DNA of 64,000 nt, taken from an uncultured delta proteobacterium. GTDB taxonomy: Bacteria > Desulfobacterota > Binatia > JACPRU01. The stretch covers positions 256,001-320,000 of the forward strand of contig CAVUWD010000016.1 in NCBI GenBank assembly GCA_963745025.1, read 5' to 3'. Position 1 is the stretch's first letter. Each line of letters starts with the position of its first letter. The translations under genes were made by a program, and so were the position numbers. The notes below the pieces were generated by a model that saw only the letters and a list, made by a program, of their open reading frames with translations, did not search any database and was not told the DNA's origin. Of the stretch, positions 27,619 through 36,426 are shown one piece after another.

Positions 27619-30438
27619 GTGCCGACCGCCGCCGAGAGTTCGATCAATTACAAAAACACGCTGAATCTTCCCAAGACCGACTTCCCGATGCGGGGAAACC
27701 TTCCGAAGCGGGAGCCGGAAACCATTCGGCGCTGGCAGGAGATCGATCTCTACGGGAAGCTGCAAGCCGCTCGCGAGCAGGCGAAGGGGGCATTCCTTCT
27801 GCACGATGGTCCGCCCTACGCGAACGGCAACATCCATCTCGGTCACACGCTGAACAAGATCCTGAAGGACATCATCGTCAAGTTCCGAGTGATGGCGGGC
27901 GCCCGAGCTCCCTACGTCCCGGGTTGGGATTGCCACGGCCTGCCGATCGAGTTGGCGATGGAGAAGACGCTCGGCCGCAAAAGCGACGTTTCGAAGGTCG
28001 AGTTCCGCAAGCTTTGCCGCGAGTATGCCAGCCGCTACGTCGGCATCCAGCGGGAGGAATTCCGTCGCCTCGGCATCATCGGTGACTGGCAAAATCCGTA
28101 CCTGACCATGGATGCCCGCTACGAGGCCATCGAGGTGCGCGAGTTCGGCAAGCTCCTCGAGAGCGGCGCGGTCTATCGCGGCCGCAAGCCGGTCCTGTGG
28201 TGCGCCTCTTGCGCGACCGCGCTCGCGGAAGCGGAGGTGGAATACGAGGACATCTCGTCAGCTTCGATCTACGTGGCCTTTGCGCTAGTACCCCCGCTTC
28301 CGTTGCCGCTCCAGCCGTTCGCCGACCGCAACCCCGAGATCGTGATCTGGACGACGACGCCATGGACGCTGCCGGCGAATCTCGCGATCGCGGTCCATCC
28401 CGGCCTCGAGTACGTGGTCGTCGACGCGGGATCCCGTGCGCTGGTTGTCGCGCACGGGCTACTCGAGCCGTTCCTCAAGGCCATCGGCGAGGTCGGTGCG
28501 CGGGTCCTTGCCGAGTTTTCCGGCGCCGCGCTCGAGAACGCGCGGGCCCGCCATCCGTGGATCGATCGTGAATCGCCCATCATTCTGGGTGACCACGTTA
28601 CACTCGAAGCGGGAACGGGTTGCGTTCATACCGCGCCTGGACACGGTCAGGAAGACTACGAGGTCGGGCTGCGCTATGGGCTCGACGTCTATGCGCCCGT
28701 GGATGCCGAGGGCCGTTTCACTTCCGACGTCGAGGAGTATGCGGGTGAGCGGGTGTTCGACGCCGATGCGGGCATCGTCGCACGTCTGCGGGAGTCGGGG
28801 CGACTCCTCAAGGCCGAGCAGCTCGTGCACAGCTACCCGCATTGCTGGCGGTGCAAGAATCCCGTGATCTTCCGCGCCACGGACCAATGGTTCGTGGCGA
28901 TGGAGAAAAATGGGCTCCGGCGCCGCGTGCTCGAGGAGATCGATCGGGTCCGCTGGATCCCCGCGTGGGGCCGGGAGCGCATCCGAGGCATGATGGAGTC
29001 CCGTCCGGACTGGTGCATCTCGCGGCAGCGAAACTGGGGCGTGCCGATCGTCGCCTTCTTCTGTGCGGGTTGCGGCGAAACATCGGCCACGCGCCTGATA
29101 GCCGACCACGTCGCCGATCTCTTCGAGCGCGAGGGGACGGATGCGTGGTTCGAGCGCTCGGCGAAGGAGCTGCTACCTGCCGGGACGCGCTGCGGAAAAT
29201 GCGGCAACCGAGAGTTTCGCAAGGAGCAGGACATCCTCGACGTCTGGTTCGACTCCGGCATGAGCCACGCGGCCGTGCTCGAGCAACGCCCTGAGCTGCG
29301 CTCCCCCGCCGACCTCTATCTCGAAGGCAGCGATCAGCACCGCGGCTGGTTTCATACCTCGCTCTTGACGTCGGTTGCGACGCGCGACCGCGCTCCCTAC
29401 GAAGCCGTGCTCACGCATGGCTTCACCGTCGATGCCGAGGGTCGGAAGATGTCCAAGTCGGCGGGCACTGGGCTTTCGCCCCAGGACATCGTCGAAAGCC
29501 ACGGAGCCGAGATCCTGCGGCTCTGGGTGGCGGCCGAGGACTACCGGGACGACGTCAGGATCTCCAAGGAGATCGTCGGGCGGCTGATCGAGTCGTTTCG
29601 CCGGATCCGCAATACCGCTCGGTTCCTGATCGCCAATCTCTACGACTTCGATCCTGCGCGCGACGCGGTCGGACCGGACACGCTCCGCGAGCTCGACCAC
29701 TGGATTCTGGCGCGAACCCGGGCGCTCGTCGAACGCTGCCGGAGCGCGTATTTCGATTACGAGTTCCACGTTGTCTACCATGCGCTCAACAACTTCTGCA
29801 GTGTGGACCTGAGCGCGCTCTACCTCGACATCGCCAAGGACCGACTCTACTGCTCGCGCGCCGACGGCGCGGCGCGCCGCTCGGCGCAGACTGCGCTTTG
29901 GCAGATCCTCGACGTGCTCGTGCGACTCATGGCACCGATCCTTTCGTTCACTGCCGAGGAGGTATGGGGCTACGTGCCTGCGACGACCGCCAAGCGAGAA
30001 AGCGTCTTTCTCGCGGATTTCCCGTCGGCCGGCCCCGAAGTGACAGACGCCCCCATCCTCGCGACCTGGGAGCGGCTGTTGGCGGTTCGCGACGCTGTCA
30101 CCAAGGCGCTCGAGGATGCGCGGCAGGGGGGTCGCATCGGCCATTCCCTCGACGCCTGCGTACGCCTCTCCTTCGCGACGGATGGGGAGCTCGGCACGCT
30201 TCTCGGCAGTCGCTTGGCGGAGTTGCCGACACTGCTCATCGTTTCCCAAGTCGAGCGGGCGGACGATCTCGGCGCCGATGCCGAAAGCCCAATCGTTCCG
30301 GGGCTGCGAATCGCCATCGAGCGCGCGGCGGGACAGAAGTGCGCGCGCTGCTGGAACTACCGCACCTCGGTAGGCACTGACGACAGGCACCCGACGATCT
30401 GCGCCCCTTGCGTGAGCGCGCTTGTGCATGTCGGCTGA
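27619..30438 (+). CDS. ileS: isoleucine--tRNA ligase (type 1)
   Basis: YKNTLNLPKTDFPM, HLGH, GWDCHGLP, WTTTPWT, EGSDQHRGWF, KMSKS, C-terminal zinc finger. Confidence 0.98.
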   Translation: MPTAAESSINYKNTLNLPKTDFPMRGNLPKREPETIRRWQEIDLYGKLQAAREQAKGAFLLHDGPPYANGNIHLGHTLNKILKDIIVKFRVMAGARAPYVPGWDCHGLPIELAMEKTLGRKSDVSKVEFRKLCREYASRYVGIQREEFRRLGIIGDWQNPYLTMDARYEAIEVREFGKLLESGAVYRGRKPVLWCASCATALAEAEVEYEDISSASIYVAFALVPPLPLPLQPFADRNPEIVIWTTTPWTLPANLAIAVHPGLEYVVVDAGSRALVVAHGLLEPFLKAIGEVGARVLAEFSGAALENARARHPWIDRESPIILGDHVTLEAGTGCVHTAPGHGQEDYEVGLRYGLDVYAPVDAEGRFTSDVEEYAGERVFDADAGIVARLRESGRLLKAEQLVHSYPHCWRCKNPVIFRATDQWFVAMEKNGLRRRVLEEIDRVRWIPAWGRERIRGMMESRPDWCISRQRNWGVPIVAFFCAGCGETSATRLIADHVADLFEREGTDAWFERSAKELLPAGTRCGKCGNREFRKEQDILDVWFDSGMSHAAVLEQRPELRSPADLYLEGSDQHRGWFHTSLLTSVATRDRAPYEAVLTHGFTVDAEGRKMSKSAGTGLSPQDIVESHGAEILRLWVAAEDYRDDVRISKEIVGRLIESFRRIRNTARFLIANLYDFDPARDAVGPDTLRELDHWILARTRALVERCRSAYFDYEFHVVYHALNNFCSVDLSALYLDIAKDRLYCSRADGAARRSAQTALWQILDVLVRLMAPILSFTAEEVWGYVPATTAKRESVFLADFPSAGPEVTDAPILATWERLLAVRDAVTKALEDARQGGRIGHSLDACVRLSFATDGELGTLLGSRLAELPTLLIVSQVERADDLGADAESPIVPGLRIAIERAAGQKCARCWNYRTSVGTDDRHPTICAPCVSALVHVG

Positions 30439-30454
30439 GTCGGGGCAGAGCGAG

Positions 30455-30994
30455 ATGCTGCGTGGTCGTTTTGTCAGCCCGATCGCCGTCGGTCTGGTCG
30501 TCATCGTGCTCGATCAGGTGACGAAGCGCGTGATCCGGGACCGTGTGCACGTCCGGGAATCGATTCCGATTCTCGATGGCTTCCTAAACATCGTGCATGC
30601 CCGCAATCCTGGCGCGGCATTCAGCTTCCTCGCCGACGCCCCGGCGTGGTTCCGCGGGCCGTTCTTCATCGCCATCACCGTTACGGCGATCGGCGTGCTG
30701 TTCTACGTGATCAGCCGACTCCCCGCGGAGGATCGCCTGATGCGGATTGCGCTCGGTGGAGTCCTCGGCGGCGCCGTCGGCAATCTGATCGACCGGCTGA
30801 CCTATGGCGAGGTGACGGATTTCATCGACGTCCACTGGCGCTCGCATCACTGGCCCGCGTTCAACGTCGCGGATTCGAGCATCACGATTGCCGTCGGGGC
30901 TGTCATCCTGCACTCATTGTTCCTCACGCGCTCGGACGCGAAACGAGCGCGCTTCAAGGCGTCGAACGCACCGCCGGACGCACCGCCGCCTTGA
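30455..30994 (+). CDS. lspA: lipoprotein signal peptidase II
   Basis: DQVTK, NPGAAFS, GNLIDR, VTDFI, FNVADS; follows ileS. Confidence 0.96.
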   Translation: MLRGRFVSPIAVGLVVIVLDQVTKRVIRDRVHVRESIPILDGFLNIVHARNPGAAFSFLADAPAWFRGPFFIAITVTAIGVLFYVISRLPAEDRLMRIALGGVLGGAVGNLIDRLTYGEVTDFIDVHWRSHHWPAFNVADSSITIAVGAVILHSLFLTRSDAKRARFKASNAPPDAPPP

Positions 30995-31056
30995 CTCCGG
31001 CGTGTGCGCGACATTAACCTGCCTAACGTGTTGAAAGATCTAGGGAGGAAAGTAAA

Positions 31057-31404
31057 ATGCGGAAAAATCTTGCTATGACGGCGCTTTTTTGTGTGCCGCT
31101 CATTGCGGGTTGCGCCTCTGGCAGCCTGTCGAAGCGTGAGACCGGAGCCCTCGGGGGTGGCGCTTTGGGTGCGGGCGCGGGCGCTCTGATCGGCCACGCT
31201 ACCGGTCATACCGCGGGCGGCGCCGCGATCGGCGGCGCGCTTGGTGCGCTTACCGGGGCCGTTGTCGGCGATCAGCTGCAGGCTCAGGACCAGAAGTCCG
31301 AATCCCAAGACGAAGAGCTTCGCAGACAGCGCCAGGAGATCGAGCAGCTGAAGAGGCAGCAGAGCCAGAATCAGAGCAACGATAGCGACTACGAGCGCTA
31401 CTGA
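31057..31404 (+). CDS. glycine-zipper lipoprotein
   Basis: IAGC lipobox; GALGGGALGAGAGALIG..GAAIGGALGA; coiled-coil tail. Confidence 0.85.
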   Translation: MRKNLAMTALFCVPLIAGCASGSLSKRETGALGGGALGAGAGALIGHATGHTAGGAAIGGALGALTGAVVGDQLQAQDQKSESQDEELRRQRQEIEQLKRQQSQNQSNDSDYERY

Positions 31405-31439
31405 ATTCGTCCTTCATCCGAACAAGTGAGGGGGAGTTG

Positions 31440-32138
31440 ATGAGACCGATGACTGGTGTGCCCGCGGCGTTGGCCGCAGGCGCGCTCCTGGTCGCTTCGT
31501 GTTCCGGTCCGCCGTCGAAGCGTGAGTTGGGCGCGCTCGGTGGAGCGGCGCTCGGAGCGGGAACGGGAGCCATCATCGGTCATGCGACCGGGAACACAGC
31601 GGCGGGCGCGGCGATCGGCGGTGCCCTCGGCGGCCTCGGCGGTGCGGTGGTCGGCGACCAGATCCAGGCGGGGGATCAGAAGCTCGACGCGCGCGAACAG
31701 GAGATCGCGAAGAACCGCGCGCTGATCGAAGAGCTCAAGAGGAAGAACCTAGAAGTGCATGAGACGAATCGCGGTGTCGTCGTGAACCTTCCCGACGTGC
31801 TGTTCGAGTTCAACAAGTACTCGTTGACGGGCGATGCCCGCGCCAAGGTGCGGGACATTGCCGAAGTGCTAGACGGGCCGCGAGTGCAGGGTCGTCAGGT
31901 GTCGATCGAGGGCCACACGGATTCCATCGGCAGCGACGAGTACAATCTCCGATTGTCGCAGCATCGAGCGGATGCCGTGAGCAATGGGCTCGAGAGCGAT
32001 GGCGTCAACGCGAGCCGGCTTCACACCCGTGGATTCGGCAAGAAATATCCGATTGCTCCGAACAAGAACTCCGACGGAAGCGACAATCCCGCCGGCCGCG
32101 CGAAGAACCGGCGGGTCGAAGTGATCATCGAAAACTGA
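31440..32138 (+). CDS. glycine-zipper OmpA-family lipoprotein (YiaD-like)
   Basis: VASC lipobox; glycine zipper; VLFEF, EGHTD..YNLRLS..RA..NRRVE. Confidence 0.92.
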   Translation: MRPMTGVPAALAAGALLVASCSGPPSKRELGALGGAALGAGTGAIIGHATGNTAAGAAIGGALGGLGGAVVGDQIQAGDQKLDAREQEIAKNRALIEELKRKNLEVHETNRGVVVNLPDVLFEFNKYSLTGDARAKVRDIAEVLDGPRVQGRQVSIEGHTDSIGSDEYNLRLSQHRADAVSNGLESDGVNASRLHTRGFGKKYPIAPNKNSDGSDNPAGRAKNRRVEVIIEN

Positions 32139-32519
32139 GTTTGCTTCAGGTCCCAATTCGAAGGCCCAGATCGACCGAAGCCTTCGTCTCTTCCGAGGTC
32201 ACAGACGGGTAGGCCCGACCGTCTACATCCACATCCCGACGTTCGATACGAACGAGCCCACCCAAAAAGGGCGCGGAATTTTCACAGCGGAGGACGGCAA
32301 ACATCGAGAGGCGTCTGCATAGCGGCCGAACGTTCGAGGAGCAATGGCGCGTCCAGGCACGACGGAATCGCACACACGATTAGAGGGTTTCTTGACACGA
32401 ATTGTGAGACCGGCTAACTGATTTGGTTACGATCTGGCGAGCAGTTCGCGTGCGCTCCCGGATTTTTCGTTGCCCGAGCTGCGTTCGCTGTGGTGGAGAT
32501 TCGGGCGAAAGAGGGATTC

Positions 32520-32687
32520 ATGGCGGAGAAGAAGGCCAAAACGGCGGAGAAGGGCGGCGCCGTACTCAAGCACGCCTGTCCAAGGTGCGGATCGGAGAGC
32601 CGAGTCGTGTTCTACACGGGGTTCGGTAAGCGCGGATTCTTCTGGTCCTGCGAGAAGACGTGCGGCTATCTGGAGCGAACCAAGTAA
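32520..32687 (+). CDS. small zinc-ribbon protein
   Basis: CPRCG..GKRGFFWSCEKTCGY; GAGGGA RBS. Confidence 0.7.
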   Translation: MAEKKAKTAEKGGAVLKHACPRCGSESRVVFYTGFGKRGFFWSCEKTCGYLERTK

Positions 32688-32698
32688 CGGAGAAACCG

Positions 32699-33073
32699 AT
32701 GGGTCGAATCCGAAGAAGAGACAAGGAAAAGAAGAAGGCCTTCAGTATCTTCGACGATGACGAGGCTTCGGACGTCTCCGAAGACGAAGACCTGCCAAAG
32801 GACGAGGTGGGTCGCCGCAAGATCAAGCGGCAGTATAGTGACCTCCTTGGTGTGCGCATCGAAAAGCTGAAGGGACGCATCCTCAACCGTGAGCGCATCA
32901 ACAAGACGATCGAGGGTGTTTACTTCATCTGTATCGATTGCAAGAAGGTCTGTCACAATATGGACGACGGCCTAGTCGAGGATCTGGAAAACGTCAACAA
33001 TCGCTGCGGCGCTTGCGCTAAAGCGAAAGGGATTCCGGTACCTCCGAGCGGGAAGCGCCAAGCAGCCGCTTAG
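32699..33073 (+). CDS. hypothetical charged protein with putative zinc finger
   Basis: GGAGA RBS; CIDC..CH..CGAC; acidic and basic tracts. Confidence 0.7.
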   Translation: MGRIRRRDKEKKKAFSIFDDDEASDVSEDEDLPKDEVGRRKIKRQYSDLLGVRIEKLKGRILNRERINKTIEGVYFICIDCKKVCHNMDDGLVEDLENVNNRCGACAKAKGIPVPPSGKRQAAA

Positions 33074-33130
33074 CTCGCACTTCCCACGTGCCGCTCGCAG
33101 AAGGCGTCCTGGACTCGCTTTCGTGCGGCT

Positions 33131-33781
33131 TCAGGGAACCGCCGGCAGTAGACCCATCTTGCGCGCCTCCGACAAAGTGCGCGTGGGTCGAACGGTGCGA
33201 CGCAGCTCGCGGAGATCCTCGATCGTATCGATGTCGAAGCTCAAGCCGGGCACGTCAACCTCGCTGTATGAGACCCCGGCATCGGCTGCCGCCGCCACGT
33301 GATCCTGGAAGCTTCGACCGCCGAAGCGCGTCGAGATCACGGTGGGAGGCGTGCGCAGCAACGCGTTGGTCCCCAGGCCTTCGTGAGATCGTGCCAGGCG
33401 CACGTGAGGTCCGGTCGGAACCTCCGCGAGCAACGAGTCGATTTCCTCGACCGTGACCAACGGCAGGTCGGAGAGCACGATCAAGACCGACGTCGCTCCG
33501 TGCTCGAGGCAGCGAGTCGTACCGAGCGCGGAGGCGGCATTGAGCCCCCGCGGGCTGCTCTCGTCGATCGCCAATGCTCGCATGCGCGTGGCGAGCTCGA
33601 GCAAGCGCGGATCCGCGGTCACGACAGCCACGGCATCGACGTGGTGTGCGTGGCTGAGACATTCCAGGACGTCGTAGAACATCGCGTAGCAGAGTGCTCT
33701 TCGATCCGCGTCGCTCAGGTGGGAAGCCAAGCGGCTCTTGGCGACGGCCAGTGGCTTGCTTGGCAGCAGGGCAAAGCGCAT
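33131..33781 (-). CDS. cofC: CofC/FbiD guanylyltransferase (F420 biosynthesis)
   Basis: LPSK..AKSRL, GLNAA, SDLP, GTNAL, FGGRSF..H, FDIDT.EDL. Confidence 0.9.
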   Translation of the reverse strand: MRFALLPSKPLAVAKSRLASHLSDADRRALCYAMFYDVLECLSHAHHVDAVAVVTADPRLLELATRMRALAIDESSPRGLNAASALGTTRCLEHGATSVLIVLSDLPLVTVEEIDSLLAEVPTGPHVRLARSHEGLGTNALLRTPPTVISTRFGGRSFQDHVAAAADAGVSYSEVDVPGLSFDIDTIEDLRELRRTVRPTRTLSEARKMGLLPAVP

Positions 33782-33896
33782 CGCGAGCCGAACTATAGTC
33801 GAGCGGCCACGCCCAGTCGAGTGGCGCTCGATCTTGCGACCGTGGCCGTACCGGTGTAAGGCACGCGACCTCGGCAATTGGACCGAGGCTTTCTAA

Positions 33897-34460
33897 ATGC
33901 GGATCACCGGCGGCGCCGCCCGAGGTCGTTCCCTTCGCGCACCGCGCGGCTCGAAAGTCAGGCCCACCGCGGACAAGGTTCGTGCAGCGATCTTCAACAT
34001 TCTGGCGAACCGCATCGACATCGCTGGCAGTCGCTGGCTCGATCTGTTCGCGGGCACCGGGGCGCTCGGCCTCGACGCGCTCAGCCGGGGAGCGGCGGGC
34101 GTGACGTTCATCGACGACAGCCGTGAATCGTGCCGGTTCGTGCGCGACAACCTCACGCGAAGCGGCTTCGCCGATCGAGCCGAGGTTCGCAAGCTCTCTT
34201 TGCCGGGGGGGCTGCACCGCCTCGATCCGGGGAACGAGCGATTCAGTGGCGCGTTCGTCGACCCGCCATATCGGCGCGGCCTCTCGCAACGGACCCTGGA
34301 GGCCCTTGGCGAGGGCGGCCTGCTGTCACCCGGCGCTTGGGTCGTCGTCGAGCACGGTGCCGACGAGCAGCTCGCCGAGCGATACGGGGCGCTTCGCCTC
34401 GAGAACTCGCGTCGCTACGGTTCGACGGGCGTCGCGCTCTATGCCATGGAGGAGCAATGA
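33897..34460 (+). CDS. rsmD: 16S rRNA m2G966 methyltransferase
   Basis: MRITGG..RPT..DLFAGTGALG..SRGA..DPPY; adjacent to coaD. Confidence 0.93.
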   Translation: MRITGGAARGRSLRAPRGSKVRPTADKVRAAIFNILANRIDIAGSRWLDLFAGTGALGLDALSRGAAGVTFIDDSRESCRFVRDNLTRSGFADRAEVRKLSLPGGLHRLDPGNERFSGAFVDPPYRRGLSQRTLEALGEGGLLSPGAWVVVEHGADEQLAERYGALRLENSRRYGSTGVALYAMEEQ

Positions 34461-34972
34461 AGAGCGCAAGAGGGGAGCGGGTGGCGGTATTTCCGGGATC
34501 CTTCGATCCGCTCACCAACGGTCATCTCGATATCGTCGAGCGCAGCCTCGAAATCTTCGATCGAGTCGTCGTCGCGGTCGCGTACAACGCCACGAAGGAC
34601 TCGGCCCTCTTCACGCCGGAAGAGCGAGTGCAGATGATTCTCGACGCGACCCGCAGCCAGCGTGTGGTAGCAGACAGCTTCTCGGGGTTGTTGGTCGACT
34701 ACGTCGAGCGCAGCGGGGCGCAGGCGATCGTTCGTGGACTGCGCGCGGTTGCGGATTTCGAGTACGAATTCCAGATGGCAATGATGAATCGGCACTTGCG
34801 CCCGCAGATCGAGACGATTTTCATCATGGCGAGTGAGGCGCACTTCTACACGAGCTCTCGGCTCGTGAAGGAGGTGGCGAGCCTCGGCGGCGACGTCACC
34901 GGCCTGATTCCCTCGAGCGTTCGCCGTAAGCTTGTGCGCAAGCTAGGTGAAGCGCGTGGGCGTGGCCACTGA
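34457..34972 (+). CDS. coaD: phosphopantetheine adenylyltransferase
   Basis: PGSFDPLTNGH, RGLRAVADFEYE, SSRLVKE. Confidence 0.97.
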   Translation: MKSARGERVAVFPGSFDPLTNGHLDIVERSLEIFDRVVVAVAYNATKDSALFTPEERVQMILDATRSQRVVADSFSGLLVDYVERSGAQAIVRGLRAVADFEYEFQMAMMNRHLRPQIETIFIMASEAHFYTSSRLVKEVASLGGDVTGLIPSSVRRKLVRKLGEARGRGH

Positions 34973-34974
34973 GC

Positions 34975-35952
34975 TCAGGTCTCCTCGCCGAAGACCTCCG
35001 CGGTGAAGACGGAGATTTCCGCGGCGGGATTCTGCCAGGCGTTCGCCGGTAGTCCCGCCTTCAGGCACGTCTGCTCGAGAAGCGCTTCGCGGTCCCAACC
35101 CGCCTCGGTGGCGACCTGCGGCAAGAACACACCTTTTTGCCCGCCAAGCGCGATCGACAGCCCATGAAAGCCCGGGACCACCGATGCGGCGGTCGTGCGT
35201 CGGAGCTCCGATAGAATCGAGATCTCGAGTTCGAGCGAAGCGAACTCGCTCCCGTCGACGGGCGGAAAGCGCGGATCCTCGAAAGCCGCTGCGGCTGCCA
35301 TGTCGCGCACGATTGCGTAGAGCGGCCGGTCCCGGGCGAACGTGCCGATGCAGCCGCGCAGCTCGCCCCTGCGGCGGAAGCTCACGAACGCGCCGGCAGG
35401 CTCGTGCAGCGCGCCAGGAGGCGGCATCGGTTGCGCCGCGGGCCGATCCTCGATCGTAGCGAGAATCGTCTCGCGAGCGAGGTCGAGCAGGAACGCACGG
35501 TCCGCTCTCGAGAGCCGTTCACGACGTCGAAACGTCGGTGCTGGACGCTCGCCGCTGCGTCGATAATGGAAGTAATCCGCGAGGATTCGACGGTGATCGA
35601 ATGCGATCTCCGTGGGGAGATCGAACTCCGAGAACAAACGGGCCTCGACGGCGTCGTCGCCGCCTGCGGGATCGCCATCGGCCCGGCCGATGAACACGAC
35701 GCTCAACGTGTGCTGACGCGGGTCGCGCTGTGGATCCGAGTAGACGTGGAAGAGCTCGACAAGCTCGACGTCGAGGCCGGTCTCCTCGAAGGCCTCACGA
35801 GCGGCCGCCTGCTCGGCAGTTTCGCCGACCTCGATGAAGCCGCCCGGAATCGCCCAACCGAGCGGCGGGTTACGCCGTCGGACCAGAACGACCTGATCGG
35901 CCGCTAGCTCGATCACTACGTCGGCCGCGGCACGTAACCCCCGCTGCGGCAT
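34975..35952 (-). CDS. Nudix hydrolase-AMMECR1 (AmmeMemoRadiSam protein A) fusion
   Basis: Nudix box [24 protein letters not shown] + AFDH; then GAFVS..LRGCIG..DPRF..EISILS..GVFLPQV..KAGL..FTAEVF. Confidence 0.88.
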   Translation of the reverse strand: MPQRGLRAAADVVIELAADQVVLVRRRNPPLGWAIPGGFIEVGETAEQAAAREAFEETGLDVELVELFHVYSDPQRDPRQHTLSVVFIGRADGDPAGGDDAVEARLFSEFDLPTEIAFDHRRILADYFHYRRSGERPAPTFRRRERLSRADRAFLLDLARETILATIEDRPAAQPMPPPGALHEPAGAFVSFRRRGELRGCIGTFARDRPLYAIVRDMAAAAAFEDPRFPPVDGSEFASLELEISILSELRRTTAASVVPGFHGLSIALGGQKGVFLPQVATEAGWDREALLEQTCLKAGLPANAWQNPAAEISVFTAEVFGEET

Positions 35953-36008
35953 TACCGCAACGAGTAGCACAAGCCGTGCGGGCGAAGAAGCTCAGCGTAT
36001 GACCGTAA

Positions 36009-36047
36009 GCAAAAAAGGCGCGTGGAACGCTGCCGCGCCTTCTTTGC
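36009..36047 (-). terminator. intrinsic terminator of the alanine-zipper lipoprotein gene
   Basis: GGCGCG/CGCGCC stem flanked by A/T tracts; U6 tail on the minus strand. Confidence 0.75.
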
Positions 36048-36062
36048 ACGGGTGCGACGGGC

Positions 36063-36320
36063 CTACTTGCGGATAGACTTGCTGAACATTGCTTCGGCCT
36101 TTTGTGCGGCCGCTTCAGCGCGCTGCGCAGCCGCTTCGGCCCGGCTCGCTGCGCCTTCGGCGCGTGACGCGGCGGCGTCAAGCTTGCTCGCATACAATGC
36201 GCAGGCCCCGCAAGCCGAGGTGTCAACCACCGGCTCCTTGGCGCAACCGCCTGCCAACGTCAACGTGAAAAGACCCCCAACCAGCAGGGGCACACCAAGC
36301 GTTCTCAACGTTGTTCTCAT
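36063..36320 (-). CDS. Lpp/OprI-type alanine-zipper lipoprotein
   Basis: AGGC lipobox; AASRAE heptad repeats; C-terminal FSKSIRK; GGAGG RBS. Confidence 0.85.
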   Translation of the reverse strand: MRTTLRTLGVPLLVGGLFTLTLAGGCAKEPVVDTSACGACALYASKLDAAASRAEGAASRAEAAAQRAEAAAQKAEAMFSKSIRK

Positions 36321-36426
36321 CGATACCTCCACCTCCTCTCGAAAACGACGGATTCTATCCCACAAATGATCGAGTCCCGCAAGGCTCCAAATGGACGGCT
36401 GCGCGCTCCTGTTACAGACAAGGGTG

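Noticed and set aside
32146-32373. 75-aa minus-strand ORF
   Set aside because: Atypical composition and no RBS.
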